Assembly (NCBI GenBank): GCA_002269645.1 | Contig: NIVC01000312.1 | Location: 372,001 to 436,000, forward strand | Length of the DNA: 64,000 nt | DNA from: Macrostomum lignano | Taxonomy: Eukaryota | Direction of reading: 5' to 3' | In this document: positions 35,201-52,209 of the stretch, piece after piece | Layout of the letters: each line of letters opens with the position of its first letter | Numbering within the stretch: the stretch's first letter is position 1 | Notes under the pieces: model-generated | Told to the model about the DNA's origin: nothing | The model's input: the letters and a program-made list of their open reading frames with translations, nothing else | Database searches by the model: none | Made by a program: the position numbers and the translations under genes

Positions 35201-38200
35201 TTTGAGTCTGTTGAGACTCTTGAGTCTATTGAGACTCCATTGTTTGTAGTCTCCAGAAGGACTACCCTGATAGATCTTAGAGGACTATCAGTGATTACCG
35301 GAGCTATACTTAGAGTGCGTTAAGGCACTGCTAGAAGGAGAATACTTATTTTGAACCGCAGTTTGGCGCAGGGTTCCCATTGTTAATACGAAGCTTCCGA
35401 TTGGTTCGAATGACAAGATTCCAGCAGGAAACGACTTCATTGGAAGTAAAGAGGAACCTGGACCAGGACAACTAAATCTAGACGTCTAAACAGATTGAAA
35501 CTACGCAAAGGAAGAGCTCTCCAAAACAGGACTCAAGGTAATAAATACCTTCAATTGATTACTGGGTTGCCTAGCAGTAGCTAGAATTGATTGTTCTTTG
35601 ATTACTGAGAAAGGTATTAGTAATAAGGAACACATCGGGAATTCCAAGCAGGGGGAATCCCAAGCAGGGGGAATCCCAAGCAGGGGAATCCCAAGCAGGG
35701 GGAATCCCAAGCAGGGGAATCCCAAGCAGGGGGAATCCCAAGCAGGGGAATCCCAAGCAGGGGGAATCCCAAGCAGGGGAATCCCAAGCAGGGGGAATCC
35801 CAAGCAGGGGGAATCCCAAGCAGGGGGAATCCCAAGCAGGGGAATCCCAAGCAGGGGATTCCAAGCAGGGGGAATCCCAAGCAGGGGGAATCCCAAGCAG
35901 GGGAATCCCAAGCAGGGGAAATCCTAAGTACTGGGAGAGTGGAATTCCAAGAACGCCTACCTCTCCAGTGTGGTCGCCAGCACGCCGTCTTCCTGTTGCG
36001 ACACAGGCTCGCCCTCGACGAACGGCCGTCCACCTCGACGCCGCGTCTCCACGTCGGCCAGCACGCCGCGAACGTCGGCGAGGGCCGCCTCCAGGCCGAA
36101 CTGGCGCCTCTTGGCCGTGTCCAGCCTCCGGTTGGTCTCCAGGAGGGCCGCCTCCTGCTCCCTGTTAGCCGCCTGCAGCGCCTCAACCGAAGCCTGCAGC
36201 CGACCAATCAGGTCGTCCTGCGCGGCCGCCTCCCTCGCTCGCTGATTGGCCAGCGACTCTCGCTGTCCGTTGGCCTCCATCAGGCGAGCCCGCAGGCCGT
36301 CCAGCTGCGCCCGGAGCTCCGCCTTCTCCCTCAGCTGGCGGTCGTGAGCGGAGCGCAGCTCTCGGCGCAGATGCTCGGCCTGCTCGCGGGATTCGCGCAG
36401 CTCGCGCTCGGCTGAAGCTGGTGGCAAGAGAACCTCTGTGCGGGACAGTCGGGCTGACTGCTGCTGATGATGGGGCTGGTAGTAGCCGGAGTGATGAAGC
36501 GGAGAGGCTGAGCTGGTGTAGTGCAGTCGCTGCTGAAGATTCGTAGCCGCTGCAGCTTGAGCGTCCAGTTTGCTGCTGAAGCGAAAAAGCAGTTCGACGC
36601 CCAAGGCTCGATTCCAAGTGCAGTCACATTAATTCGAGGCTAAATTGGAATCTCGGCTTGGCTCTGCCCTCGTGCAATTAAGGGCCGACCAGGGCGATAA
36701 ATAAAGTCAGGGCCCCTGTACATTCCTGTGTGAGGGTGTGCCTGTGCGTACGTATCCGCGTACTTGTGTGCCTGCTCAGGGGAGTCGGCGAAATGGGCAG
36801 CAATGCCTCTCGCCGGTTGTGTGACAATGTCGCTTAAATTTCTACAGGGTCCCTACACCCCGCGTCTCGAGCTAAAAAAGTTTGAGAAGTTTCTCACCTC
36901 ATTGTGTCCAACTCGTGCTGCTCCGCGCTGCTGTCAGCCAGGTGATGGTAGTCTGAGGGCTGCAAACAAAAGCAAAAGCAAAATATGTCGGTTTTTAACA
37001 ACTTCCCGATATGTATCGAAGCAAATATTTCGAAGCGTGAAGTATTCAATAAAATCGCTCACCCGACTGCCAGCACCGCCAGGTCCGGCAAGAATTGCGT
37101 CGACCGACGAACTGCGTTGGTTTCCCCTGTAGGGACTGCGGCTCTGATCTGCAATGCCGTGTAACCTCTTCATCATTTTCATCCATGGAAAATGCAGAAG
37201 AAGCCAACTCTCTGATCCAATGTGAAGGGAAATGTCAGATAACAAAGGGAAACGTCAGATACAAAGGAAAATGTCAGATACAAACAAAGAGAAATGTCAG
37301 ATACAGACAAAGGGAAATGTCAGATACAGACAAAGGGAAATGTCAGATACAGACAAAGGGAAATGTCAGATACCAGCAAAGGGAAATGTCAGATACAGAC
37401 AAAGGGAAATGTCAGATACCAGCAAAGGGAAATGTCAGATACAGACAAAGGGAAATGTCAGATACCAGCAAAGGGAAATGTCAGATACAGACAAAGAAAA
37501 ATTTCAGATGCAAATGAAGGGAAATGTCAGATACCGAAAATAGGAAATGTCAGATACCAACAAAGGGAAATGTCAGATACCAAAAATGGGAAATGTCAGA
37601 TACAGACAAAGAGAAATGTCAGATACAAAGGGAAATGTCAGATACCAACAAAGGGAAATGTCAGATACCACAAATGGGAAATGTCAGATACCACAAATGG
37701 GAAATGTCAGATACCACAAATGGGAAATGTCAGATACCAACAAAGGGAAATGTCAGATACAAACAAAGAGAAATGTCAGATACAAACAAAGAGAAATGTC
37801 AGATACAAACAAAGGAAAATGTCAGATACAAAGGAAAATGTCAGATACCAACAAAGAGAAATGTCAGATACAGACAAAGAGAAATGTCAGATACAAACAA
37901 AGAGAAATGTCAGATCCCAATATGGGAAAAAACTGGTTATCCCAAACCGAGCAGAAAGCTGACCTCGACTCCTGCCGGCGCGGCTGTGAGGTCGCGATGA
38001 AGAATCATAAAACGTTGGCGTATCTGGTGGAGGCGGCGGCTGCGGCGGTCTCTGAGTTACTGCGGGCAATTTTTTTTGTTGTTGATGCTTTTAAGTGCGA
38101 AATTTATTGGATGTTCGTGGCCAACTGTGAAGGAGGTTTTGCAAGTGTAAGTATAGAAAAGGAGCAGAAAAAGTGCTTAGAAAAAGAGCAGAGATAGATA

Positions 38201-39339
38201 TAGAGCACTATTTGTGTAAGTTTCACAGTAGTAAATTACCTGAGTCTGTTTGGTTTCTATCTGAAAACTCTGAGGATGCAATTAATGAGTTGGAAATTAA
38301 TAGTCGTAGTGATAAGACCAATAATATATAGGACGAACGAAAACAATTACTTTGATGATGCAATAACAATGCGGATAAAACAAAACAATGCGGATAACAC
38401 CTCACACGGGGTGTACAGCAGCTCACACGGGGTGTACAGCAGCTCACACGGGGTGTACAGCAGCTCACACGGGGTGTACAGCAGCTCACACGGGGTGTAC
38501 AGCAGCTCACACGGGGTGTACAGCAGCTCACACGGGGTGTACAGCAGCTCACACGGGGTGTACAGCAGCTCACACGGGGTGTACAGCAGCTCACACGGGG
38601 TGTACAGCAGCTCACACGGGGTGTACAGCAGCTCACACGGGGTGTATAGCAGCTCACACGGGGTGTACAGCAGCTCACACGGGGTGTACAGCAGCCCTTG
38701 CCTTTGCTTTAGTTACTTAAACATTGAGAGGAGAGAGAGAGAGAAGGGGGAAAAGAGAGGAGAGAAGAGAGAGAACAGTCAAATATAGGCAACCAAGTTG
38801 ATATTCAGTGAATGCCTACAAATAAATTCTGCAGAACACTATTCATGGTTGCATTCCTGTAGCTTAACACCAGGTGTGATAGATAAACTCAACAACATTA
38901 AAAAGTCGCTACCTTTTAGAGTGCGCAGTAAATTCCAGCTCTTTTGAGTGACGCAACTTGCGCCACGCGACGCAGAGTTGGGCTTGGGTGAGGAGGGATT
39001 AGGAAGAGCGGAGGGCGGATTGAAGCTTCCGCCCGATTGTCATTGTTTTTTCAAGTATTTTTCAATATCAAAATGGTTGGCCAGGTGATAGACGCTGGTC
39101 GAAAGACACTGCTCACTGGGGCAAAGGTTGGCGACTTTTTAATAATGTTGCTGAGTATACAAGTTGTCAGCCACGCCACTCCCAAAGCCACTGACGCGGC
39201 CCTTGCACTCACCATCGGACAGAATTTCATCAACCTGCGACCTCAAAATCGAGCCCTCCAATTCCAGTTGGCGAATCTGGTCGTCAAGCGATGCCCCGTC
39301 GTGAGCAGCTGGCAAACCGGCCGACATGTAGGAAGCCAT
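26275..39339 (-). CDS. CCDC158: CCDC158-like coiled-coil protein, 975 aa, 12 coding exons: 39339-39213, 38059-37964, 37148-37063, 36959-36898, 36575-35961, 33963-33757, 33162-32715, 31091-30748, 29858-29586, 28759-28525, 28053-27648, 26303-26275
   Basis: All 11 introns are GT-AG with matching phases; the exons total 2928 nt, in frame to TAG. Segments align by eye to recalled CCDC158: RAREAAAQDDLIGRLQASVEALQAA vs RRRESQSQEDLRNQLQNTVHELEAA; LEAALADVRGVLADVE vs HEGVLQEIRSILVDFE; AELESTLSRL vs SDLESTVSQL; QLAACQQVLRQQ vs QFAECQDIIQRQ. Confidence 0.75.
26375..27635. repeat. 21-bp minisatellite (CACATTACCCACCCCAATCTG) with a 418-bp higher-order duplication; CCDC158-like intron 11
   Basis: Visible; identical ORFs 26774..26983 and 27192..27401 are offset by 418 bp. 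Confidence 0.95.
28080..28520. repeat. 21-bp array (GATCCCAATCTAAAATCCTCA) with a short internal inverted block; intron 10
   Basis: Visible; orientation flips around 28285-28365. Confidence 0.9.
28805..29575. repeat. 21-bp array (GGGATTTGAGATTGGGATCAT), inverted relative to 28080-28520; intron 9
   Basis: Its reverse complement, TGATCCCAATCTCAAATCCC, matches the intron-10 unit. Confidence 0.9.
30015..30720. repeat. About 23-bp minisatellite (CCCCTAAACCCGGCAGAAAATCCG); intron 8
   Basis: Visible array with block duplication. Confidence 0.95.
31140..32700. repeat. 36-bp minisatellite (GATTCAGAAATCTCACCCTGAGATCTATTAACTGAC); intron 7
   Basis: Visible array. Confidence 0.95.
33230..33690. repeat. 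(GAGAGGGTGA/CAGGGTGA)n array; intron 6
   Basis: Visible array. Confidence 0.93.
34110..34600. repeat. Degenerate GGGGGAAT(T/C)CCAAGCA array, left half; intron 5
   Basis: Visible; same unit as 35637-35925. Confidence 0.88.
34603..35636 (+). mobile_element. About 1.03-kb unique insertion splitting the intron-5 array; LTR-like
   Basis: Starts TGT; GGGAA flanks both sides (34598-34602, 35637-35641); three CCAATCA motifs precede a TATA-like gataaata. The 3' terminus (acatc) is not canonical CA. Confidence 0.45.
35637..35925. repeat. Homogeneous (GGGGGAATCCCAAGCA)n array, right half; intron 5
   Basis: Visible array. Confidence 0.95.
37225..37920. repeat. About 22-bp minisatellite (AAAGGGAAATGTCAGATACAGAC); intron 2
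   Basis: Visible array. Confidence 0.93.
38398..38697. repeat. 21-bp minisatellite (CAGCTCACACGGGGTGTACAG); intron 1
   Basis: Visible near-perfect array. Confidence 0.97.
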
Positions 39340-39474
39340 GCGGGAGCCTCAGACTCAAGCTAAGCGCTTTTCAATAATCTGCTGCGGTTTTTTCTTGCTG
39401 AAATTTAATGCGTTTGGTCAAAGGTGGCAGTCTGCATGTCCATTCCGCTGAACCACTCAGGCATGCACGCTCAC

Positions 39475-40510
39475 ACAAAGTGTACAGCTGCCCCTGTATC
39501 TTTCTTATCATCAGGCATGTACACTTTCTGTACGACCCCCCAGGGTGTACAGCCGCCCCTGTAGCTTTCTTGTCATCAGACATGTACACTTTCTGTACGA
39601 CCCCCCCCCCCAGGGGCAGGGTGTACAGCCGCCCCTGTAGCTTTCTTATCATCAGGCATGTACACTTTCTGTACGACCCACCCCCCAGTGTGTACAGCCG
39701 CCCCTGTAGCTTTCTTGTCATCAGGCATGTACACTTTCTGTACGACCCCCCCAGGGTGTATAGCCGCCCCTGTAGCTTTCTTATCATCAGGCATGTACAC
39801 TTTCTGTACGACCCCCCCAGGGTATGCAGCCGCCCCTGTAGCTTTCTTGTCATCAGGCATGATGTACAACAACAACAACTTTCTGTACGACCCCCCCCAG
39901 GGTGTACAGCCGCCCCTGTAGCTTTCTTATCATCAGGCATGTACACTTTCTGTACGACCCCCCCCAGGGTGTACAGCCGCCCCTGTAGCTTTCTTGTCAT
40001 CAGGCATGTACACTTTCTGTACGACCCCCCCCAGGGTGTACAGCCGCCCCTGTAGCTTTCTTGTCATCAGGCATGTACACTTTCTGTACGACCCCCCCCA
40101 GGGTGTACAGCTGCCCCTGTAGCTTTCTTGTCATCAGGCATGTACACTTTCTGTACGACCCCCAGGGTGTGCAGCCGCCCCTGTATCTTTCTTGTCATCA
40201 GGCATGATGTACAACAACAACAACTTTCTGTACGACCCCCCCAGGGTGTACAGCCGCACCTGTAGCTTTCTTATCATCAGGCATGTACACTTTCTGTACG
40301 ATTCCCCCCCAGGGTGTACAGCCGCCCCTGTAGCTTTCTTATCATCAGGCATGTACACTTTCTGTACGACCCCCCCCCAGGGTGTACAGCCGCCCCTGTA
40401 GCTTTCTTATCATCAGGCATGTACACTTTCTGTACGACCCCCCCAGGGTGTACAGCCGCCCCTGTAGCTTTCTTATCATCAGGCATGTACACTTTCTGTA
40501 CGAAGCCCCC
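39475..40510. repeat. About 62-66-bp minisatellite (CAGGGTGTACAGCCGCCCCTGTAGCTTTCTTATCATCAGGCATGTACACTTTCTGTACGACCCCC), probably in the 5'UTR intron of the CCDC158-like gene
   Basis: Visible array lying between minus-strand acceptor tttcAG (39399-39398) and candidate donor GCT/GTGAGA (about 40681/40680). Confidence 0.93.
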
Positions 40511-41099
40511 CCCCCTAAATTAACGTCATGGCCGCACACTTACTACACTTCCTAATTGCTTTAGTTAATTATAAGTTATTTTAATGAGAAACTTCTCACC
40601 CAGCGTCCATTTCAAATAAAACTAATTACCCTGCAAAACTGTATTTCTTTTCAAAGACTAGATTAAGACAGGTTTCTCACAGCACCACCGAGTCAAAGTA
40701 CGAGTATAGCTCAGCTCAGCCGGGGGGGTTCTATTTGGCTAAATAGATTGAGATAAACCGGGTGTGTGCACGCGTTCAAACAATGCTAGAATAGAAATTG
40801 AGTATAATACACACATCAGAGACACACAGACCCTCATCATTCGCTACTCGCTTGAGCAGCCTGCCTGGAATTTTGGAATGTTTTCATGGTCAGTTTAAAA
40901 ACTTTGCGAGTTAAACAGATAAATAGTGGCCTTTACATAGAGCGGAGTACTCAAAGTTAAGGTTTTCTAAGGGTTAGCTTAAATGGCGACATTAATAAAC
41001 AAATACTTAGTCTTTCTATTCATCTGTCAGGGGCGTGGCGTGGCCATGATGGGCATCGGCCTTCAACAATGACATGGTGCAGAAGCCCCTTTTAATAAA

Positions 41100-41850
41100 A
41101 TAGCACCCCCCCTCAATAACTAAATGGCGCCCTTCTCCCTCAATAATGAAATGGCGCCCTTCTCCCTCAATAATGAAATGGCGCCCTTCTCCCTCAATAA
41201 TGAAATGGCGCCCTTCTCCCTCAATAATGAAATGGCGCCCTTCCCCCTCAATAACTAAATGGCGCCCTTCTCCCTCAATAATGAAATGGCGCCCTTCTCC
41301 CTCAATAATGAAATGGCGCCCTTCTCCCTCAATAATGAAATGGCGCCCTTCTCCCTCAATAATGAAATGGCGCCCTTCTCTCCCAATAATGAAATGGCGC
41401 CCTTCTCCCCCAATAATGAAATGGCGCCCTTCTCCCTGAATAATGAAATAGCGCCCCCTCAATAATGAAATGGCGCCCTTCTCCCCCAATAATGAAATGG
41501 CGCCCTTCTCCCTCAATAATGAAATGGCGCCCTTCTCCCCCAATAATCAAATAGCGCCCCCTCAATAATGAAATGGCGCCCTTCTCCCTCAATAATGAAA
41601 TGGCGCCCTTCTCCCTCAATAATGAAATGGCGCCCTTCTCCCTCAATAATGAAATGGCGCCCCCCCTCAATAATGAAATGGCGCCCTTCTCCCTCAATAA
41701 TGAAATGGCGCCCCCTCAATAATGAAATGGCGCCCCCCTCAACAATAAATGGCGCCTCTTAATAATGAAATGAAGCCCCTCAAAATGAAATGTCATCCCC
41801 CAATAATGAAGTTGCACCCCCCAATAATGAAATGGCGCCCTTCTCTAACA
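41100..41850. repeat. 27-bp minisatellite (AATAATGAAATGGCGCCCTTCTCCCTC)
   Basis: Visible array. Confidence 0.95.
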
Positions 41851-43814
41851 AAACCCAAATTACAAAGTATCTTCACCTCACAATCACAATTTCTCCCCTT
41901 TTTTAGTTCTGCCTATATTTTTGCCAAATCAATTTGTTACCAATTAAATGAAAGTTAAATTGAATATTCAAAAGTTTAAATATAAAATTTAAATAAAACG
42001 AAAAATTACATTTGGATAGTAGTTACTTCACTAGCTTTTTAAATATAACAAAAACTCATTTTAAAAAATAAACTTTTAAATAAGCATTTAGATTATTATG
42101 TTATATACCATATGAGTTACAATTTATAATTTGAAACTAGACTTAAATTATTTTTTAAACCACGAGAATATATTTAAAGGCATGCTTTTCATGCCTTTTA
42201 AATAGGTAAATAAGTAAAAAAATATAATAAAAATAATGTACAAGCTATTATTTTTATTTTGTATTAGCAACAAATATTCTTTCTAACTGAATAAGAGACA
42301 TAGCAGAGGGAACTTTAAAAGGATTATTTTTATAAAATAGAAAGAGAAGCAGCTGATTGAATCTATACTGTAGAGCAAAGAAATGTTATATTTAATTAAT
42401 ATTATCTACAATAGTCCTATATCAATATTTAGCTCGTAAAGGCTTTGCCTAATAATTTTACATAACTGCCATCCAACTCTGAAATTGCAACTGACATAAG
42501 TTTCATAAACTTAAAAAAAATTATTATCTTGCACAAATACCTTTTAAACAAAAACAGCATTTTAGGAATTAATAAGTAGCTACATGCAAAATATTTCGAA
42601 AAAAAACGAAATTGAATTAAGGTAGCAATCAAAAAGGTTTATACATAATTCCGAATTTGATTATTATTACCCAGTCTGAAAAAATGGTATGGAAAACAAA
42701 CGTAAGCAAACATATTACGAAATGAATGATTTTCTCTGGTGCTCCGTCAAATTTCACGAAATAAGTGTCATTTTCGAAATGATGAGATCATTTGGTTTAG
42801 TTATAGTAAGACAATCAGCGTTTTTTCTGTTTCTGTTCTGTTCCCCTCAATAATGAGAAGACAGACTTTTCTGTTAATATTAAACACTAAAAGTCCTAAA
42901 TATATAGTTTTATTATCGCCACATATCATCAGCACTAGTAATCAGCAATGTCAGCATCACAACGTGAAGAAACAGCAGTACGAACAACACAAAATGTTTA
43001 AAAAAATAACGTCCGTTTGCATGTTGAAAAACTAGAGTAGCGCAAAACTAATAAACAATATTATTTCAAACAGAACCTGATTATTATTGTATGAGCTTTT
43101 GCTATAGTTGCCTGAAAGCAGCTCAGTCTAGTAAGCCCTTGGTTCTTTTTAAAGCGATACTATTTGTTAAAATATGCTAATTCTTCATTTTGTAATAAAA
43201 TTATTATCGCTTCATAGCACTACTGGGGAGTAGAATTTTCTTATCACATCCTCATCTGATACTTTTAACAACTCAGCCGTCTGTAGTACTAAATTAAAAA
43301 ATATATAGGCGAAAAGGCTTAGGTTCCTGTTTATGCACTGTCTACACACGCGATCGTACCTTACGTGCGGATCCATCATGCATGAGTACGCGCTTAAATT
43401 TATCTCATCAAGATCGAAACGTTTCATTTGAAACGTTTAAACCATCCAAAAATTAACATTTAATTGTACGATATTATACTATAAGATGCATTAAGTAACA
43501 CAATTCGATCGCATTATATCTCATGCAGTTAATCAAAAAACGTTTGAAGACTAGCTTATATTACATGCACTGCGCTGTACAGCGCTGTACACTAAATGCA
43601 CATGCTATATCTCGTATATTCATGCCCGGTTGAGAAACAACAATTGAGTTGTAAGTATAGCGGTACATCATGTACTTGTACAATTTACCAACCTGTGTGT
43701 ATAGCTTGTGCAAGTAAGCCTTTACACTACGTGTATGTTATTCTCTATACAGATTGCAATTTTGAAAGCGCGGGGAGACGATTTTCAACGCGAGGATGAA
43801 CGGCTGCCAGCTGC

Positions 43815-44015
43815 CAGTCGGCTGTCAAATTGTCGGCAGTCAAGTTGTCGGCCGTCAAATTGTCGGCAGTCAAATTGTCGGCAGTCAAATTGTCGACAGT
43901 CAAATTGTCGGCAGTCAAATTGTCGGCAGTCAAATTGTCGGCAGTCAAATTGTCGGCAGTCAAATTGTCGGCAGTCAAATTGTCGGCAGTCAAATTGTCG
44001 GCAGTCAAATTGTCG
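43815..44015. repeat. 15-bp minisatellite (GTCAAATTGTCGGCA)n
   Basis: Visible array. Confidence 0.96.
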
Positions 44016-44581
44016 TAGAACCCTAAAAGTCCCTACCAGCACGAACAGCTTATAACCTGATACGACAGCCAGAACTTAATTTCTATTCTAATGTACATGT
44101 AAAGTGGACCAACATCCAGCTCCTGCATTCCGGCCTCTATTTTAGGGGAGTAGCAAAGTCATAAAACTGTCGATCTGTAAGCGTCTGCCTAGCCTAGTCC
44201 ATAGCCATACAATTTACTCAGCTAAAGGCTCTCGGAGAATTGGCAGTTCAAGAGAATGGCCCAAGAGAATATAGCCAAGCACAAAACCGAGAAAAGCGAG
44301 CTACGACAGGGGGGAGAGAGAGGACAGATGAGCAAGCATAAACCCTCTGGAGTCCCCCGTGTTATTTCCGTCTGTTAGTCTGTCTGTTAAGGCTATTGGC
44401 TGGGTAACGGTAGTCGCAGTCCTCATTCGTACCCCTTGCCCCGATGTAAACTCGTACACAGTGAGATGGACTGAATGAACTCGATGTAGCTTACTACTTA
44501 CTTACTACTGACGGGGGGCGCAGGCGCCGCGAATAGGCCGCGAGGCCCCTATCGCAACCCCAAGGTAAAAGAGCACAAGGA

Positions 44582-49459
<4,878 letters not shown>

Positions 49460-51152
49460 TTATCCCAGGATTGCTCCCAGGCGAGGCTCCGGCAGGCCCC
49501 CGGTCCACACTCTGCAAGATCAGGGGGCGGGAGGCCGGCTGCGGGCTTGGGACACAGGCGCCAGGTCGAGTTGACAGCCGACGCCCGAGCCCTCCCCCAC
49601 AAGAGCGGCCCTCGAGAACCCGTGTGGTACCAGTTGCAACTAAGGGCTGTCGATGGGTAGTTGGCGCTTAGCCAGCAGCCAACTACTTAGCAGCCACCTG
49701 CCCCGCAAAAAAGCAGCAGGGGGGATCCCTCCCCCACCAGCAGACCAAGACGAGGAAGCTAGCCGCTTCCACGCCAGGCCGATGTAGCTTGACTTGATCT
49801 ATATTATTTACCTTAACTTGCCTTGATTATTAACAAATTAAACCCGGTGGAGGTAAGTACTCGTAAATTTGGTATTATTTATTCTTGACGCTGAAATGCC
49901 ATATGTGTTAGGGGCTCTTGGAAAGCATGAGTTGGAAAGCATGAAGAGTACTCTCTAGGAGCCCTGCTGGGTTGCTGGGTTTCACTCCTGGCTCCTAAAC
50001 ACTCCTATATCAATAAAGAGTTGGCTATTGGAAATACATATTTCAGGTCTGGATGACCATGCAGTTGTTTTTTATCAAATCTGGATGCTGCTTCCTCGTA
50101 CAGATGGCCCTAGAAACCAAAGCTCAAGTCTTATCCATATCTGTGTACAATAGAAGTACGTCAGACCGAATCCTTTCTGACAAGAGGCTTAATGAAATCG
50201 CTATTTCCAATTACTAAAACTTCCTGTTGTAATCGATTGAGGATACATGTACGCACATATTTATCAATGTCAATATTGGTGTGAAAGTATAAACAGTATT
50301 TCTTTCCTCATTGATTCAGGTCTAAAATATTTGCTAAGAATTAAGTACAGCGATTGTTACTTGAATGGTAAAAAACTTGGTGGCTTGCTGCATGCTCTGC
50401 ACTTTATAGGTTTTTTTCCGGTCAATTAGCAAAATAGCCCCAACTCAAGTGCTCATGTGAATTACTCAGTTCAATTATGGAATTTACAAGTCAAGTGACA
50501 ACATGCCAAATTAAATTGCAAATTGCCAATTGTTTCATAATGTGTTCTCTTCTGCTCAAGGTATTGTATAACGAACACAATGATATAATTGGCACGTGAC
50601 TTGGCTATATTGACAGATAAACTGAATTTTATGCACCTGAGTTTGCTACATAGCTATCCCGTAACAGCAATGTCGGTGATATGAAAAAGTACATATTTGT
50701 CATCGACGTCGTTATATGTAGTAGTAGGTAAGTAGTCGTCGTTAGCCGCCGTCGTCATATTGCTGTAGGGGTATGTTAAATTTGAGTTGAATATCATGGG
50801 CTACTTGACCGGGAAATCCTATAATAGCATGCTGCCCTTCTAAAAATATTGCGCAACATGCACTCACGCCTTCTTCTATAGATACACTCCCTCACTCTCA
50901 GGACAGACTTGAGGTCCCAGTCAAGGCTCGTTCAAATCGGCCGTCAAATATGGCGATCACCACACGTACTGAAGTACATCAATTTTCATTCCTTTGTACG
51001 TTGGTTGAGTGATCTGACGGCAGTGTGAATTGGGCAGCTTTACGCATCGAATTCCACAACCAATTTCAGCCGGCACCACGCATGAGACCAGTTTGTGAGC
51101 TAGAACTGGATCCTATGCTATTATAGATACAGTCATCACAACAGCGATCACA

Positions 51153-51936
51153 ATGCGATTCCAGAAGAAGACTCTAATATTCTTCACCATCATGCTACCG
51201 ACGATCATATTATGCATTATTCTGTTCCTCATTGCCTACTCCGGGCCGAAGCCGTCGCCCTACTGGCAGACAACGGGCGAGGAAGACATGTCAGACTTGC
51301 ACCGTCGCCGACTCATTACCTGGGGCGAGTGCTCGGCCAGCCCGACTCTGCAAGCCGTTGTAGCTGTTGAGTCTGGCCAATCGGACGCGTCCGGCAGGGC
51401 GTCGCTTCGTCGATCGTGGCCTTGGCCAACTGAGCAACCTGCTGTAGCGCAGTTAATTTTCTTCATTCGCTATTCTGTTAATGCTAGCTGGGAGGATATT
51501 GTGCAGGAGTTCTATGCTCACAACGATTTGGTGCTGGATTCTGAGCAGCATCATAAGCAATTGTCAGAGTCTACACCGGACCGGAATGCCACTCAAATCG
51601 GTGAGTCAGAGCTGCTAACCGCAGCGACAGCCTGGATGCAGCGTTACTGTCCGTCAGTTCGCTACCTTCTGTACGCCGATATTGCCACCACTCTAGCTGC
51701 AGCCGAAACTGTTGCCATGGTTACTAGACTATCTGACTAACAAGACAGTGCCGCCTAATAGGAAGTCACCTCCATTGCTAGGGCGGTGTCTCCTTATTGC
51801 TGACGGTCACAGGACCATTGTGAAAAATATTAACAGGGATAACAATTTGAATATAAGAAACAATAATGACAGAAATGTGTCTTGGTCACAGAATGAAAGT
51901 TCTGGGTTATTAAATTATGAACAATTATGCCTATAA
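51153..51936 (+). pseudogene. Degenerate or frameshifted GT31 (beta-1,3-galactosyltransferase-like) type II membrane protein
   Basis: N-terminal TM anchor; GRASLRRSW (cf. RR.AIR.TW); LIFFI; IVQEFYAHNDLV (cf. E..Y.DI); AWMQRYCPSVRYLLYAD (cf. WV..YCP.A.YVLKTDDD). The expected continuation PWLLDYL..PLLGRC is in another frame (ORF 51712..51936). No DxD motif and no C-terminal half. Confidence 0.5.
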
Positions 51937-52209
51937 TAAGCTTCATTATTTCAAAGTTAAAGTTTTTTTTAAATTCCGCAATCTTAATTTGTTTCGACTG
52001 CGATCAGAAAAATTAAAAGAAATAAAACCTTTTTATTGGAAATTTTTAAGGGAGTGCCTTTGCTAAAATTTGAAGTTACTATGTAATTTTCTTCTATTAT
52101 TTTCAATATAGATTTTGTCGTGGAAATAACACAAAGAATTGAAATTTAGTAAATTTCCTTTGAAATTTTAAGTATTGAGTACATGGATCTATGAAATATT
52201 TCTTCAAAA

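Noticed and set aside
41020-41100. Short GC-richer exon-like segment after a plus-strand acceptor (tctgtcAG)
   Set aside because: All frames close quickly, with no recognisable product or partner exon.
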